Assembly: GCA_002720275.1 (NCBI GenBank)
Contig: PBHR01000034.1
Location: 5,233 to 53,985, forward strand
DNA: 48,753 bases
Reading direction: 5' to 3'
Source of the DNA: Methanobacteriota archaeon
GTDB taxonomy: Archaea > Thermoplasmatota > Poseidoniia > Poseidoniales > Poseidoniaceae
The position numbers and the translations under genes were made by a program. Position 1 is the stretch's first letter, and every line of letters begins with the position of its first letter. Positions 1 to 9,797 of this stretch are shown piece after piece. A model generated the notes under the pieces. The model searched no databases, was not told where the DNA came from, and saw only the letters and a program-made list of their open reading frames with translations.

Positions 1-125
1 TGCATAAATTCTGGCAAATATCTAATAATTCCGTGACATCTTATTTCAGCAATTTCAGAAGGTGTTTCAAATACATCAAACTGCACCCCCAAAGTAGAAA
101 ATAACTCATCTACTTTTGTTTCCAT
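1..125 (-). CDS. 5' end of an unidentified CDS running off the window (METKVDELFSTLGVQFDVFETPSEIAEIRCHGIIRYLPEFM...)
   Basis: ATG at 123-125 (minus) opens a frame that stays open to position 1. It lies directly downstream of rpl30e, where archaeal RNAP operons usually carry nusA, but I do not recognise NusA motifs in the 41 visible residues. Confidence 0.3.
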   Translation of the reverse strand, partial: METKVDELFSTLGVQFDVFETPSEIAEIRCHGIIRYLPEFM

Positions 126-166
126 TGTTATGGCTGAGTTCAAACAAGAACTTAGTGATAACTAGT

Positions 167-463
167 TCAAAGATTAGATTTAAGTGAAAACAATTTACTT
201 CTACCAGCATCTAAAACCGCTATTGCACTAACTGGGAATGGTTTTCCACAAACAGCACCAAGTTCCCTATTTACTACATTCACTCTATACATTGTAATTC
301 CAGAAAATTCAGCACCCAATTCAGTAACATAATCTTCTGGACAGTTCATAGATACTACAATCAGTTTTGCTTTCCCATCTGAGCAACTAGCTTTTGCCTG
401 TTTTTGCCCAAATATCATTGTTCCTGTTGAACATGCGTCTTTTAATTCTCTAAGTACATCCAT
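167..463 (-). CDS. rpl30e: 50S ribosomal protein L30e
   Basis: 98 aa with the L30e-like pattern GKAKLIVVSMNCPED ... ELGAVCGKPFPVSAIAVLDAGRS. It follows rpoA2, as in the conserved archaeal rpoH-rpoB-rpoA1-rpoA2-rpl30e order. Confidence 0.85.
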   Translation of the reverse strand: MDVLRELKDACSTGTMIFGQKQAKASCSDGKAKLIVVSMNCPEDYVTELGAEFSGITMYRVNVVNRELGAVCGKPFPVSAIAVLDAGRSKLFSLKSNL

Positions 464-476
464 TTCATCACCTCAT

Positions 477-2033
477 TTATTCCTCTGGAATATAATATAA
501 ATCAACACTTCCAGTCCCTAATGAAATAGGTTGACCAACAATAATATTTTCAGCAACACCAGTTAAATTATCAGTTTCACCAATAACTCCTGCTTTTAAC
601 AAGTGGTTAACTGTAACTTCGAAAGCAGCACGTGCAAGTATACTATGCTTAGTACCACTAACACCATGTCTTCCAATTGCTCTTACGGCACCTTCACTAG
701 TCATTACATCAGCAACCATCAGCAAATGCCTTAAATCTACATCAAGCCTTGCAGCATCTAAAGTTGCCTTTAATTCATTCATTATTGATTGTCTAGCCGC
801 CTCAATACCAAGATATTCATAAATTTCAATAATATTGTTTGTATATGTTTTACTTCTATCAATTCCTTCAACTTCACTCACACGAGCCAAATTTGAACCT
901 ATTGTTGAAATATAAAACTCTTCAGTTTGATCGTTTCTTTGAACATTTGCCCTTTCAATATTTGGAATCCCTTTTAACCTCAAATCGCGAACTTTATCCT
1001 CAAGTTGTAATAATTCCGTATATGATGGCGGTTCAGTATCCAATGTTTCCATATCTTCTTTTTTATGGACACCAGGAATAATCGTTATATTTCTCGGTTT
1101 TGATTCATTATCTACATCAATATACAATCTTAATGCCTTACCCAATTTATCTACTACTTCTCCTCCAGACATTCCTTTTTGCTTTAATACCGAAGGAAGT
1201 AATTTCAATGTCAATCTTCTTTGAGTAACGTCGGTTTGAATATCTGCAATATTCTTTGTTGTTGTTACTTCAAGACTTGCTGCTAATTTTTTAACTTTAT
1301 TTTCATTTACCTTGTAGTCGCCATCTAAATGAACAATCATAGTAGGTGTGTTAGGTTTTTTCCTAGCATCAACGATTTCAATAATTCTAGGTAGACCTTG
1401 GGTAACGTTTACTGTTGCTACACCAGCATAGTGGAAAGTACGCATAGTCATCTGTGTACCTGGTTCACCAAGTGATTGAGCTGTGATAATTCCAGCTGCT
1501 TCGAAAGGATCTACTTGTGCTGAAACAAATGCTTCTTTAGCCATTTTAACCATGTCTTTTGCCTGTTTTGCAGTAATCTTTGTTTGTCCCCTTTTAACTA
1601 AAGCTTCTGATAAATCCGCCACCACTCTTGCTGTCAATTGTACGCCTGCGACACTTTCATTTGCTTTTTGTAACACATCATAAAATTCGCCCTTTTCAAA
1701 AGAAGTTATATCATCCATTTTTTCTTCGGACTTATAAAAATCTAAATCTCTCTTAATGACTTTCTTTCTTGAAGTTCTAGTTACTTTTCTTCGAACAACA
1801 GTTGTTTCTCCACCATCAATACTAGAATCTCCTCTCCTCCCAGTAGCATAACTAACAATCATTTCATGGATTTTTTCTGCTATTTCGGAACTTGTTTCAC
1901 ATATTTTTGCAATTTGTGCTGAATCCAAAATCTTAACATCATCCCACTTACGATCATCGGCTAAATTATGAGCATAATCTTCTTCAATGCCCATATCCAT
2001 TAATTTTTTCTTTGTTGCACTCTTAACTACCAT
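477..2033 (-). CDS. rpoA2: DNA-directed RNA polymerase subunit A'' (Rpo1C) carrying a ~100-aa N-terminal extension
   Basis: Carries [22 protein letters not shown] and the C-terminal [17 protein letters not shown] motif. Its start overlaps the rpoA1 stop (ATGA at 2033). At 518 aa it is longer than the ~390 aa usual for archaeal A''. Confidence 0.95.
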   Translation of the reverse strand: MVVKSATKKKLMDMGIEEDYAHNLADDRKWDDVKILDSAQIAKICETSSEIAEKIHEMIVSYATGRRGDSSIDGGETTVVRRKVTRTSRKKVIKRDLDFYKSEEKMDDITSFEKGEFYDVLQKANESVAGVQLTARVVADLSEALVKRGQTKITAKQAKDMVKMAKEAFVSAQVDPFEAAGIITAQSLGEPGTQMTMRTFHYAGVATVNVTQGLPRIIEIVDARKKPNTPTMIVHLDGDYKVNENKVKKLAASLEVTTTKNIADIQTDVTQRRLTLKLLPSVLKQKGMSGGEVVDKLGKALRLYIDVDNESKPRNITIIPGVHKKEDMETLDTEPPSYTELLQLEDKVRDLRLKGIPNIERANVQRNDQTEEFYISTIGSNLARVSEVEGIDRSKTYTNNIIEIYEYLGIEAARQSIMNELKATLDAARLDVDLRHLLMVADVMTSEGAVRAIGRHGVSGTKHSILARAAFEVTVNHLLKAGVIGETDNLTGVAENIIVGQPISLGTGSVDLYYIPEE

Positions 2034-5000
2034 CAGAAATCACCTTCCCCAGGGGTTTCTAAATCAAAACCATCATCTAATAATGACTCGAAATCCTTAT
2101 CTCCATGATCTTTGTAAGAATCAATATTTGTCAATTCACCAAAGGTTCCTAAAACGGTATCAACGATTACATCAATATTGACCGGTGAACCATGTGCAGA
2201 ACGGCATGGATCAACACCATCTTCTCCGTAACTAAACTGAATAATTCTATCAGCAGTATTTCTCACTGAACGTTTATTATCTGGAACAACCTTCAAATCA
2301 TCCATAGCATTAATCAATCTTCTTTGCATATAACCTGATTTTGAGGTCCTTACAGCAGTATCTACAAGACTTTCCCTTCCAGAAACTGAAAGCATAAAGA
2401 ATTCTGTTGGTTCTAATCCATGTTTAAAGGACGATGAAACAAAACCTTTCGCCTTAGCTCCCCTGGATCCTCTAGGGAAATGAGCAAGTACCCTATCTTT
2501 GTAACCTCTTTCTAATCTTTTCCCACGAACTTTTGCTTGACCTATAGACGCAGCCATCATAGTAAGGTTATCCATACTACCTCTAGCACCGGAAATTGCC
2601 ATGTTAACAGCAGAATTAAATCTTCCAGCCTTCAACAATTCTTCTTTAGCAATGTCTCCCGCTCTTTGTTTTCCTTGATCTAATGAAATCATAATATCTT
2701 CTTCAAGAGTTTCTATAGGTGTCCTTCCTGGTCGTACCTCATATCCTTTACCTGATTTTCCAAATTTTTGTAAATATGATTGTACTTCTTCACTTGCTTT
2801 GGTATTCTCTGCAATAATTCTCTCCATTGCATCATCAGATAAATCTTCATCATCAATTCCTGTTGTAAATCCTAATGAAGTACAAGCAGCAATTGAAAGT
2901 CTAGTGAAATCATCAAGGAATTGTGCACCTCTTTCAGAACCGTTTGTCTGAACAATCGCATCCAACAACCTACCATCTTCAGCACCTATTGAACGTTTAT
3001 CTAATGTTCCTGAAACAGTACCATCATGAACGTCAACTAAATCATTTGATCTACTTGTAAATTGAATTTTTATATTTTCAGGCAACAATAATGCCACTAA
3101 ATCATGTCCTCTAAATCCTTTAACAAGTTCTCCTTTGAACCCTTTCTTTGCTGCACTATCGATAATTGCACCCGTCTTTGAACACATGTCGATTTCTTTA
3201 GGCAAATCTCCAACCCATTTTACTGAGCTTAGAATTTGTAATGCATTTGATCTACGTACACCAACATCTTCTCTTGAAAGCATAAATGCACCAGAAATAT
3301 GGTCGTGAATTCCACCAATCACAGCACCTCCATATCTAGGAGAAAGTATATGCTCTTGCACTCTCATCAAAATTTTAGCCTCTGCACGAGCTTCTTCACC
3401 TTGAATAACGTGTAAATTCATTTCATCACCATCATAATCAGCATTATATGGTGTACAAACAGCCAAATTAAATCTAAATGTATGGCCTTTCATAACTCTT
3501 ACTTCATGAACCATCATAGACATTCTATGCAGAGAGGGTTGTCTGTTGAAAATTGAAACATCTCCATCAATCAAGTGTCTTTCCACAATTTGCCCTTCCT
3601 TTGGATTTCCATCTGCATCTATTGTTTCTAATCTATCAAATGAACGTGTTCTCTCATCATATTCATTCATAGGTGAACCACAGTGAGGACATTCTATTTC
3701 TAAATGTTCAGGATATGGTTGACCCATATTTTCTCTTTCCCAAATCCATCTTTGTTGCAATATCCCATCGGGATTATCTTCTTTCAATGGTTTTCCATTC
3801 TTATCAATACCTTCTAAATTCAACAAAGTTTTCTCCAAATCAACTACATATTTTTCATCAACAGTATTATCTAAATTTTTCGTTGTTTGTTTTCTCACAA
3901 CTAAACCTGGTAAAAAGTTAGGAGCAGACATAGCATCATCTAAGTCCGGACGCATACTAGATTCTGAAGTACAATCTTGATTTAAACACCTAAATCCTGC
4001 ATTAATGAATTTTGATCTATCTGTAATTCTAACTCTACGGCCGTCAGATCTTACAACATAGTTAACACCAGGATGTCGGTTTGGACCCCTAAGGATCATT
4101 TGTCTCATTTGTTCACGGTTTCTACTATTCACCCTAATTGGAACTGATAACTCCATTGCTACTTTTTCTGGAACTCCAACTTCATTAATACCTAAATAAG
4201 GGTCTGGTGAAATTACAGACCTAGCACAGAAATTAACACGTTTTCCTGAAAGATTACTTCTAAACCTACCTTCTTTACCTTTCAAACGTTGAGTTAATGT
4301 CTTTAGAGGTCTACCAGAACGATGTCTTGCTGGAGGAATCCCACTAGTTTGGTTGTCAAAATAAGTTGTAATGTGGTATTGTAACAATTCCCATAAATCT
4401 TCAACAATTAATTGTGGTGCTCCAGAATCACGATTCTCCCTCAATCTCTGATTAATCCTTAATACATCAACTAATTTATGAGTTAAATCATCCTCACTTC
4501 TATCTCCACTATCCAAAGTGATTGAAGGCCTTACAGTAATAGGAGGAACAGGCAATACTTTCAAAACGGTCCATTCTGGACGATTATTCTTATCCATCCC
4601 AATAAAAATTAAATCATCATTAATTATTCTTGTCAACCATTCTCTGATGTCTCTAGGATTTAATTTTCTTTCTGATTTAGCGCCTGTTTTTGTTTCGAAA
4701 CGTTCTTTAAATGTTGAGGGTTTGTCAATCATTATTTTTCCTTGCTCTGCTTGACAATGCATACAAATACTTGCTTTTTTACCAGAACATACTTTCTCTA
4801 TCTGTTTAATAACTTTTGTAAACTCTGATGAACCCACACCATGTTTTAACATAGTATCTGAAACTCTATTTCTCCAATAGTCTTGTTCTGACAATTCAGG
4901 ATTAGATGGGTGGGTTTCTTTCTTCTCATGAAGTAATATACGCCCACAAGTATTACATGTTGATTTTAATGCAGTTTTAATATTGTTAATAAAACCAATG

Positions 5001-5269
5001 TGAATTACTGGTAGCTCCAAAGCAATATGTCCAAAGTGACCTGGTGACTTATCATACTTACAATTATCAGTTGGACAAATCATGTTAGGTTCAATTACTC
5101 CCATCCTAGGATCCATTAGACCTTGTTTGAAAGCCCTTCCATCGTCTCTGTATGTATCTGCAGTTTTTACTTCAACTGCACTCATTTTTCTCATCTCTTG
5201 CGGATCCATTAATGTAAATCCGATACTTCCAATCCTTTTAGGAATCATTGATTGTGGGTTTCTGCTCAT
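2033..5269 (-). CDS. rpoA1: DNA-directed RNA polymerase subunit A' (Rpo1N)
   Basis: Has the catalytic [12 protein letters not shown] motif, [12 protein letters not shown], and N-terminal zinc motifs (CPTDNC...PGHFGHI, CNTC). Its start overlaps the rpoB stop. Confidence 0.97.
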   Translation of the reverse strand: MSRNPQSMIPKRIGSIGFTLMDPQEMRKMSAVEVKTADTYRDDGRAFKQGLMDPRMGVIEPNMICPTDNCKYDKSPGHFGHIALELPVIHIGFINNIKTALKSTCNTCGRILLHEKKETHPSNPELSEQDYWRNRVSDTMLKHGVGSSEFTKVIKQIEKVCSGKKASICMHCQAEQGKIMIDKPSTFKERFETKTGAKSERKLNPRDIREWLTRIINDDLIFIGMDKNNRPEWTVLKVLPVPPITVRPSITLDSGDRSEDDLTHKLVDVLRINQRLRENRDSGAPQLIVEDLWELLQYHITTYFDNQTSGIPPARHRSGRPLKTLTQRLKGKEGRFRSNLSGKRVNFCARSVISPDPYLGINEVGVPEKVAMELSVPIRVNSRNREQMRQMILRGPNRHPGVNYVVRSDGRRVRITDRSKFINAGFRCLNQDCTSESSMRPDLDDAMSAPNFLPGLVVRKQTTKNLDNTVDEKYVVDLEKTLLNLEGIDKNGKPLKEDNPDGILQQRWIWERENMGQPYPEHLEIECPHCGSPMNEYDERTRSFDRLETIDADGNPKEGQIVERHLIDGDVSIFNRQPSLHRMSMMVHEVRVMKGHTFRFNLAVCTPYNADYDGDEMNLHVIQGEEARAEAKILMRVQEHILSPRYGGAVIGGIHDHISGAFMLSREDVGVRRSNALQILSSVKWVGDLPKEIDMCSKTGAIIDSAAKKGFKGELVKGFRGHDLVALLLPENIKIQFTSRSNDLVDVHDGTVSGTLDKRSIGAEDGRLLDAIVQTNGSERGAQFLDDFTRLSIAACTSLGFTTGIDDEDLSDDAMERIIAENTKASEEVQSYLQKFGKSGKGYEVRPGRTPIETLEEDIMISLDQGKQRAGDIAKEELLKAGRFNSAVNMAISGARGSMDNLTMMAASIGQAKVRGKRLERGYKDRVLAHFPRGSRGAKAKGFVSSSFKHGLEPTEFFMLSVSGRESLVDTAVRTSKSGYMQRRLINAMDDLKVVPDNKRSVRNTADRIIQFSYGEDGVDPCRSAHGSPVNIDVIVDTVLGTFGELTNIDSYKDHGDKDFESLLDDGFDLETPGEGDF

Positions 5270-8200
5270 TTTCGGTCCTCCAGTTTTAATCTCATAGCCA
5301 CCCCTAGTGACTTCATTTCATCTAACAATAATTTGAATGCATATGAGGTTTGAACTTTGTAAACTTCAGCACCCTCTCCATGAAGTGGACTAACATAAGT
5401 TTGTTTCTTAGGATCATACCAAGCAATATGTCCGCTCTGACCACAAACAAACATTTCAATACCATCACTTTCATCTAATAATCTATCTTTAATAACCATA
5501 GAAGCACCATGGGCAATCAAACAATCACGCTCCATTTCTCCAAATCTAAGTCCTCCTTGTCGGGCACGTCCTTCAGTAGGTTGACGAGTAAGAATTTGTA
5601 CTCTTCCTCTGCTTCTTGCATGAATTTTACCACTAACCATGTGATGTAATTTTTGATAATAAATCACACCTACAAATATGTCAACAGGATATATTTCTCC
5701 TGTTTCTCCATTATACATTGTTTCTCTACCAGAATGATGGAATCCATTATGAACTAAACCGTCTCTTAGAGATGATTCTTTTTCTCCAACAAATGCAGTT
5801 CCGTCAATAAAACGTCCTTCCATTGATCCTACTTTACCACCAATCATCTCCATTACATGTGCAACGGTCATTCTACTTGGAATAGCATGTGGATTTATAA
5901 TTAAATCCGGAACTACACCATCTCTTGTAAAAGGCATATCCTCTGGAGGAACTAATCTTCCAATTACACCTTTTTGACCGTGCCTACTAGCAAACTTATC
6001 ACCTACTTCTGGAATTTTGTTAGTCCTTACAACTGAACGAATCAATCTTCCGCTTTCAAGTGATTCTGTAACAAAAACATTTGAAACATGACCTTTTTCT
6101 CCATGCCTAATCAACATTGATGATTCTCTTCTCTCATGTGCTTGTAAAAATCCACCAGTTCCCGTTTCCTCAAGGAATCTTGGCGGACTTGTTTTTCCAA
6201 CAATTACTTCACCACCGGAAAGTTCAACTTCTGGAATAGACAAACCATCATCTTCCAAATGAGCATATGCTTCAGGTGTACGTAAACCTTTAACTTCTAC
6301 AAGACCAGTTCCAGGAACTTCAATCTCCTCAAATTGACCTCCTGGGTATCTTCTTCTTTCTGAATTATAGGTTCTTAAAAATGTAGATCTTCCAAGACCT
6401 CTTTCCACACTTGCTTTGTTCATAATTACTGCATCTTGCATATTATATCCATGATGAGACATTACTGCAACAACATAATTTTGACCACCTGGCCTTCTAA
6501 GGAATCCTGTAGTTTTCATAGCCCTTGTTCCTACAAGTGAATTTTGAGGGTAGTGTAAAACATGTAACCTTGTATCTGGCCTTAACATATAGTTTGAAGA
6601 GGGTAAACCAAGACTTTGCTTAACCATGGCAGTTCCACCAGTAACTCTTGGGGTAGAATTATGCTCAGGATAAGGAATCAAACTTGCACAAACACCCAAT
6701 ATTAATTGTGGATCAATCTCAAGATGAGTGTATTCGGAATTTAATTCAAGTTCTCCAGCATCATTTTCTTTTGTCCAAGTAAGTGGGAAGTCATGTTCCT
6801 CTTGAACAACATCTCCTGAAGGCAATCTTATCTCAACTGAAATTTTAGCAGTAGTGGCTCTATCTTCACCAATATTTAACCACGTCATTTTTGCTTGAGA
6901 TATAGGCAAACCAGATTTTGGCGAAAGTTGTGGTAAAATAAATGGCCTAGATGCAATATATTGATCTTCTTCTTCATCCGCATCTATCCATTCAACAAAA
7001 CCTCTACTAACTAAATCTTTGAATTCAATTTCCCTTGATGATAACTTTTGAAGTATCTCATTATTAACTTTCAAAGTTCCACCATCAATTACAAGTAAAG
7101 GCCTTAATATCCTACCTTTGTCAGTATTGATGAAAATATCTTTATTCTCAACATCATGCCTAATCGAAACTTCTGGGCGTATTCTACCTCTCCTTCTAGC
7201 ATTTTTAAACTGATTAACTAAAGATTTAGGCCTTTTATGTAAACCAAAAATATCTCCATCAACATGTATTCTTGAACCGTCAGACCAATCTTCTGGCATA
7301 AAGACATCCATTTCTTTTAACTGTAATTTTACATCTTCTACAGGAACGTCTTCAGAAACATCAATCATTTGTGCTGCATTTTTCACCAATCCGCAATTTT
7401 GACCTTCTGGAGTCTCATTTGGGCATAATCTACCCCATTGCGTTGGATGCAAATCTCTTGCTTCAAAATGTGGTTGACTTCTAACTAGAGGACTTGTTAC
7501 TCTTCTCATATGTGACAATGCTGAAAGGAATGTTGTCCGGTCCAATAATTGACTAACACCACTTCTTCCACCTACCCAATTTCCAGTTGCAAGAGCATGC
7601 ATTATCTTTGATGTTAATACATCAGGCCTCAAACAACTAGAAATTTTTAAATCTCTTTTTCGATTATGATGTCTTTCAAGTTGATATTTTAAATCTCTAG
7701 CTAATTGATTCATAGAGACTCTGAATAAATCCTCCATTAAATCTCCAGCCAACCTAACTCTTTTGTTCGCATAATGGTCCTTATCATTTGGTTTACGATC
7801 ATCAAGTGCCATTTCCAATACTTGACGAACAATACGTCCTAAGTATATCGCTTTTTTCATCCTAGCATCTTCATTATCTCCTAAATGAGGCAGTAATTCT
7901 CTATCTAACAATTGTTGAACTCTTGCTTCTCTAAATTCACGTTGTTGCCCTGCAGCAAATTTCTTCTGTAACCATTCCATTGCTGACTCTTGATCTTTTG
8001 ATTGTCCGTATTCTTCTTGATCATTTACTTCATTAATATTAGCTACAATATATTTGAATGTCTCATGTGGACCAGCAATTGCTCTAAAGATTTCTTGATC
8101 TTGAGAAATTCCTAACGCCCTCATCAATAAAACAACAGGTATTGCAGTAGTGCCAACTGTTGAAATTTTTGCCAATAGCATACCATCTCTACGTTTTTCA

Positions 8201-8934
8201 ACCGTTAATGGTTTCCTTACACCATCTTTTTGTGAGAAAATCTTAGCAACTTCAGTATTTTTAGTATAACGAGTATTTAATTCAACTGTAACCCTATTGG
8301 GTGCTAAATCTTCAACAGAAATTAAAGCCCTTTCAGTACCATTAATTATGAAATAACCTCCAGGATCCAAAGGATCTTCACCAGCTTTTTTCAGTAATTT
8401 ATTATATTTTTCTTTTTCTTCTTTTCCTTTATGTGGTTCAATAATCACATTTTCTTTAGAACCAATGTTGGCAGACCTAAATACGTGTCTTGGATGTACA
8501 TTGCATCTTTCAGAACGTACCATTATTGGCATATTACCAATTGTAATTGCTTTTTCAGCAGGTAAAGCAACACCGTCTTTGTAAATAGTACAATCCATTA
8601 AAATTGGGCTTTGATAAGTTAATTTTCTAAGTCTACATTCTACAGGAGTTGCTGAATGTTTAGCACCGTTTGCTTCTTTAACCACAGGCGTGTCTAATTT
8701 TATATTCTTAATTCGAACGTAAATTTCTTGATCAATAACATCAAGTTTTATGATTCCACCATTACCATCGTCTGGTTTCTCATCAGTACCAATTCTAATA
8801 TTTCGAACAATTCTTTCCATTCGACTTAATCTACCATCTCTAGGTGTAATACAATCATCAAAAGATGCTATCTGATGATTTACTAAACTACGATTTCTAA
8901 AATAAGATTCTACTATTTCCTTCATTTTTCTCAA
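5266..8934 (-). CDS. rpoB: DNA-directed RNA polymerase subunit B (unsplit)
   Basis: Carries GDKFASRHGQKGV, PSRMTVAHVMEM and RQPTEGRARQGGLRFGEMERDCL. It is a single 1222-aa ORF, not split into B'/B''. Confidence 0.97.
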   Translation of the reverse strand: MRKMKEIVESYFRNRSLVNHQIASFDDCITPRDGRLSRMERIVRNIRIGTDEKPDDGNGGIIKLDVIDQEIYVRIKNIKLDTPVVKEANGAKHSATPVECRLRKLTYQSPILMDCTIYKDGVALPAEKAITIGNMPIMVRSERCNVHPRHVFRSANIGSKENVIIEPHKGKEEKEKYNKLLKKAGEDPLDPGGYFIINGTERALISVEDLAPNRVTVELNTRYTKNTEVAKIFSQKDGVRKPLTVEKRRDGMLLAKISTVGTTAIPVVLLMRALGISQDQEIFRAIAGPHETFKYIVANINEVNDQEEYGQSKDQESAMEWLQKKFAAGQQREFREARVQQLLDRELLPHLGDNEDARMKKAIYLGRIVRQVLEMALDDRKPNDKDHYANKRVRLAGDLMEDLFRVSMNQLARDLKYQLERHHNRKRDLKISSCLRPDVLTSKIMHALATGNWVGGRSGVSQLLDRTTFLSALSHMRRVTSPLVRSQPHFEARDLHPTQWGRLCPNETPEGQNCGLVKNAAQMIDVSEDVPVEDVKLQLKEMDVFMPEDWSDGSRIHVDGDIFGLHKRPKSLVNQFKNARRRGRIRPEVSIRHDVENKDIFINTDKGRILRPLLVIDGGTLKVNNEILQKLSSREIEFKDLVSRGFVEWIDADEEEDQYIASRPFILPQLSPKSGLPISQAKMTWLNIGEDRATTAKISVEIRLPSGDVVQEEHDFPLTWTKENDAGELELNSEYTHLEIDPQLILGVCASLIPYPEHNSTPRVTGGTAMVKQSLGLPSSNYMLRPDTRLHVLHYPQNSLVGTRAMKTTGFLRRPGGQNYVVAVMSHHGYNMQDAVIMNKASVERGLGRSTFLRTYNSERRRYPGGQFEEIEVPGTGLVEVKGLRTPEAYAHLEDDGLSIPEVELSGGEVIVGKTSPPRFLEETGTGGFLQAHERRESSMLIRHGEKGHVSNVFVTESLESGRLIRSVVRTNKIPEVGDKFASRHGQKGVIGRLVPPEDMPFTRDGVVPDLIINPHAIPSRMTVAHVMEMIGGKVGSMEGRFIDGTAFVGEKESSLRDGLVHNGFHHSGRETMYNGETGEIYPVDIFVGVIYYQKLHHMVSGKIHARSRGRVQILTRQPTEGRARQGGLRFGEMERDCLIAHGASMVIKDRLLDESDGIEMFVCGQSGHIAWYDPKKQTYVSPLHGEGAEVYKVQTSYAFKLLLDEMKSLGVAMRLKLEDRK

Positions 8935-8942
8935 CTCCTTAA

Positions 8943-9563
8943 TTAACTTCCTTCGACTATCAATCTGTAAGCAACTGAAAGGCCTGCTGTCGGACTTGGC
9001 CTAGTCACTTTAACTACTCTATCTGCTAACCATCCAGCGGGAAGACCAGGATGATCTCTATCATCTTCTGCTGCACGTAACAATTCTTCTCTTTCTTCTG
9101 CTTCTTTCAATGCTTGAATCGCAGGATCTGTAATTAGAATTTTTGGCAATAACTCTTTTGCCAATCTTTCAGTTCCATCGAAATCGACTCTGATTAAATC
9201 CCAAGGGCTTAATTCTTCCAATTCCATTTCAATTGGGACCAATTCATGATGAGGAACCAATACATGATTCAACGGATTAAATTTAATTTCATGCTCTGGC
9301 ATATCAATTAAATCAATTTCCTTCATACTAATTGTTATTTTTCGACTTTTATTCCTTCGCCTGTTTGAACCAACTTCTTGTAGAACATTTAACACAGTTT
9401 GAAGCTCTTCATCATCACGAGACAAACCACATGCTTTAGCAATGTCATCACTTGACATTTGTTTAATGGCTGCCATGTTTCTATCAGTGGCTAATTTGTG
9501 TGCTAGTTCTTCGCGAACTCCTAGTTCAGTCAAGCGCTTCTTTGTAGCACTTTTTACAACCAT
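8943..9563 (-). CDS. rpoH: DNA-directed RNA polymerase subunit H (Rpo5) with ~94-aa N-terminal extension
   Basis: The C-terminal ~110 aa match the RpoH pattern (FNPLNHVLVPHHELV ... LPKILITDPA ... VVKVTRPSPTAGLSVAYRLIV). It is the first gene of the RNAP operon. Confidence 0.85.
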   Translation of the reverse strand: MVVKSATKKRLTELGVREELAHKLATDRNMAAIKQMSSDDIAKACGLSRDDEELQTVLNVLQEVGSNRRRNKSRKITISMKEIDLIDMPEHEIKFNPLNHVLVPHHELVPIEMELEELSPWDLIRVDFDGTERLAKELLPKILITDPAIQALKEAEEREELLRAAEDDRDHPGLPAGWLADRVVKVTRPSPTAGLSVAYRLIVEGS

Positions 9564-9613
9564 AATACCTCACCCCGCACCATATTTCTCTCAAGGCCAG
9601 AAGCGCAGGTGAG

Positions 9614-9687
9614 CGGGCCTGACGGGATTCGAACCCGCGGCCGACGGGTTAAAAGCCCGTCGCTCTACCTGACTAAGCTACAGGCCC
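9614..9687 (-). tRNA. tRNA-Lys (anticodon UUU)
   Basis: The minus strand reads GGGCCTG-TA-GCTT..GAGC-G-ACGGG-CTTTTAA-CCCGT-CGGCC-GCGGG-TTCGAAT-CCCGT-CAGGCCC-G and folds by hand into a 74-nt cloverleaf. No CCA is encoded. Confidence 0.9.
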
Positions 9688-9797
9688 AATTGAGATACAT
9701 GGGCAAGGGTCCGACCTAAGGGGGGATTAAAAGGCTAACTATTGGTAGCAACTTTTGTCGGCAACGAAATTAACCAAAAAAAGGGTGCTGTGTAACT

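Noticed and set aside
839-5297. Plus-strand ORFs inside the RNAP genes (839-1081, 1483-1683, 1987-2181, 3673-3921, 4518-4754, 5082-5297)
   Set aside because: All lie antisense to strongly supported rpoA1/rpoA2/rpoB coding sequence and have low-complexity, hydrophobic or odd composition. They are typical shadow ORFs of an AT-rich genome.
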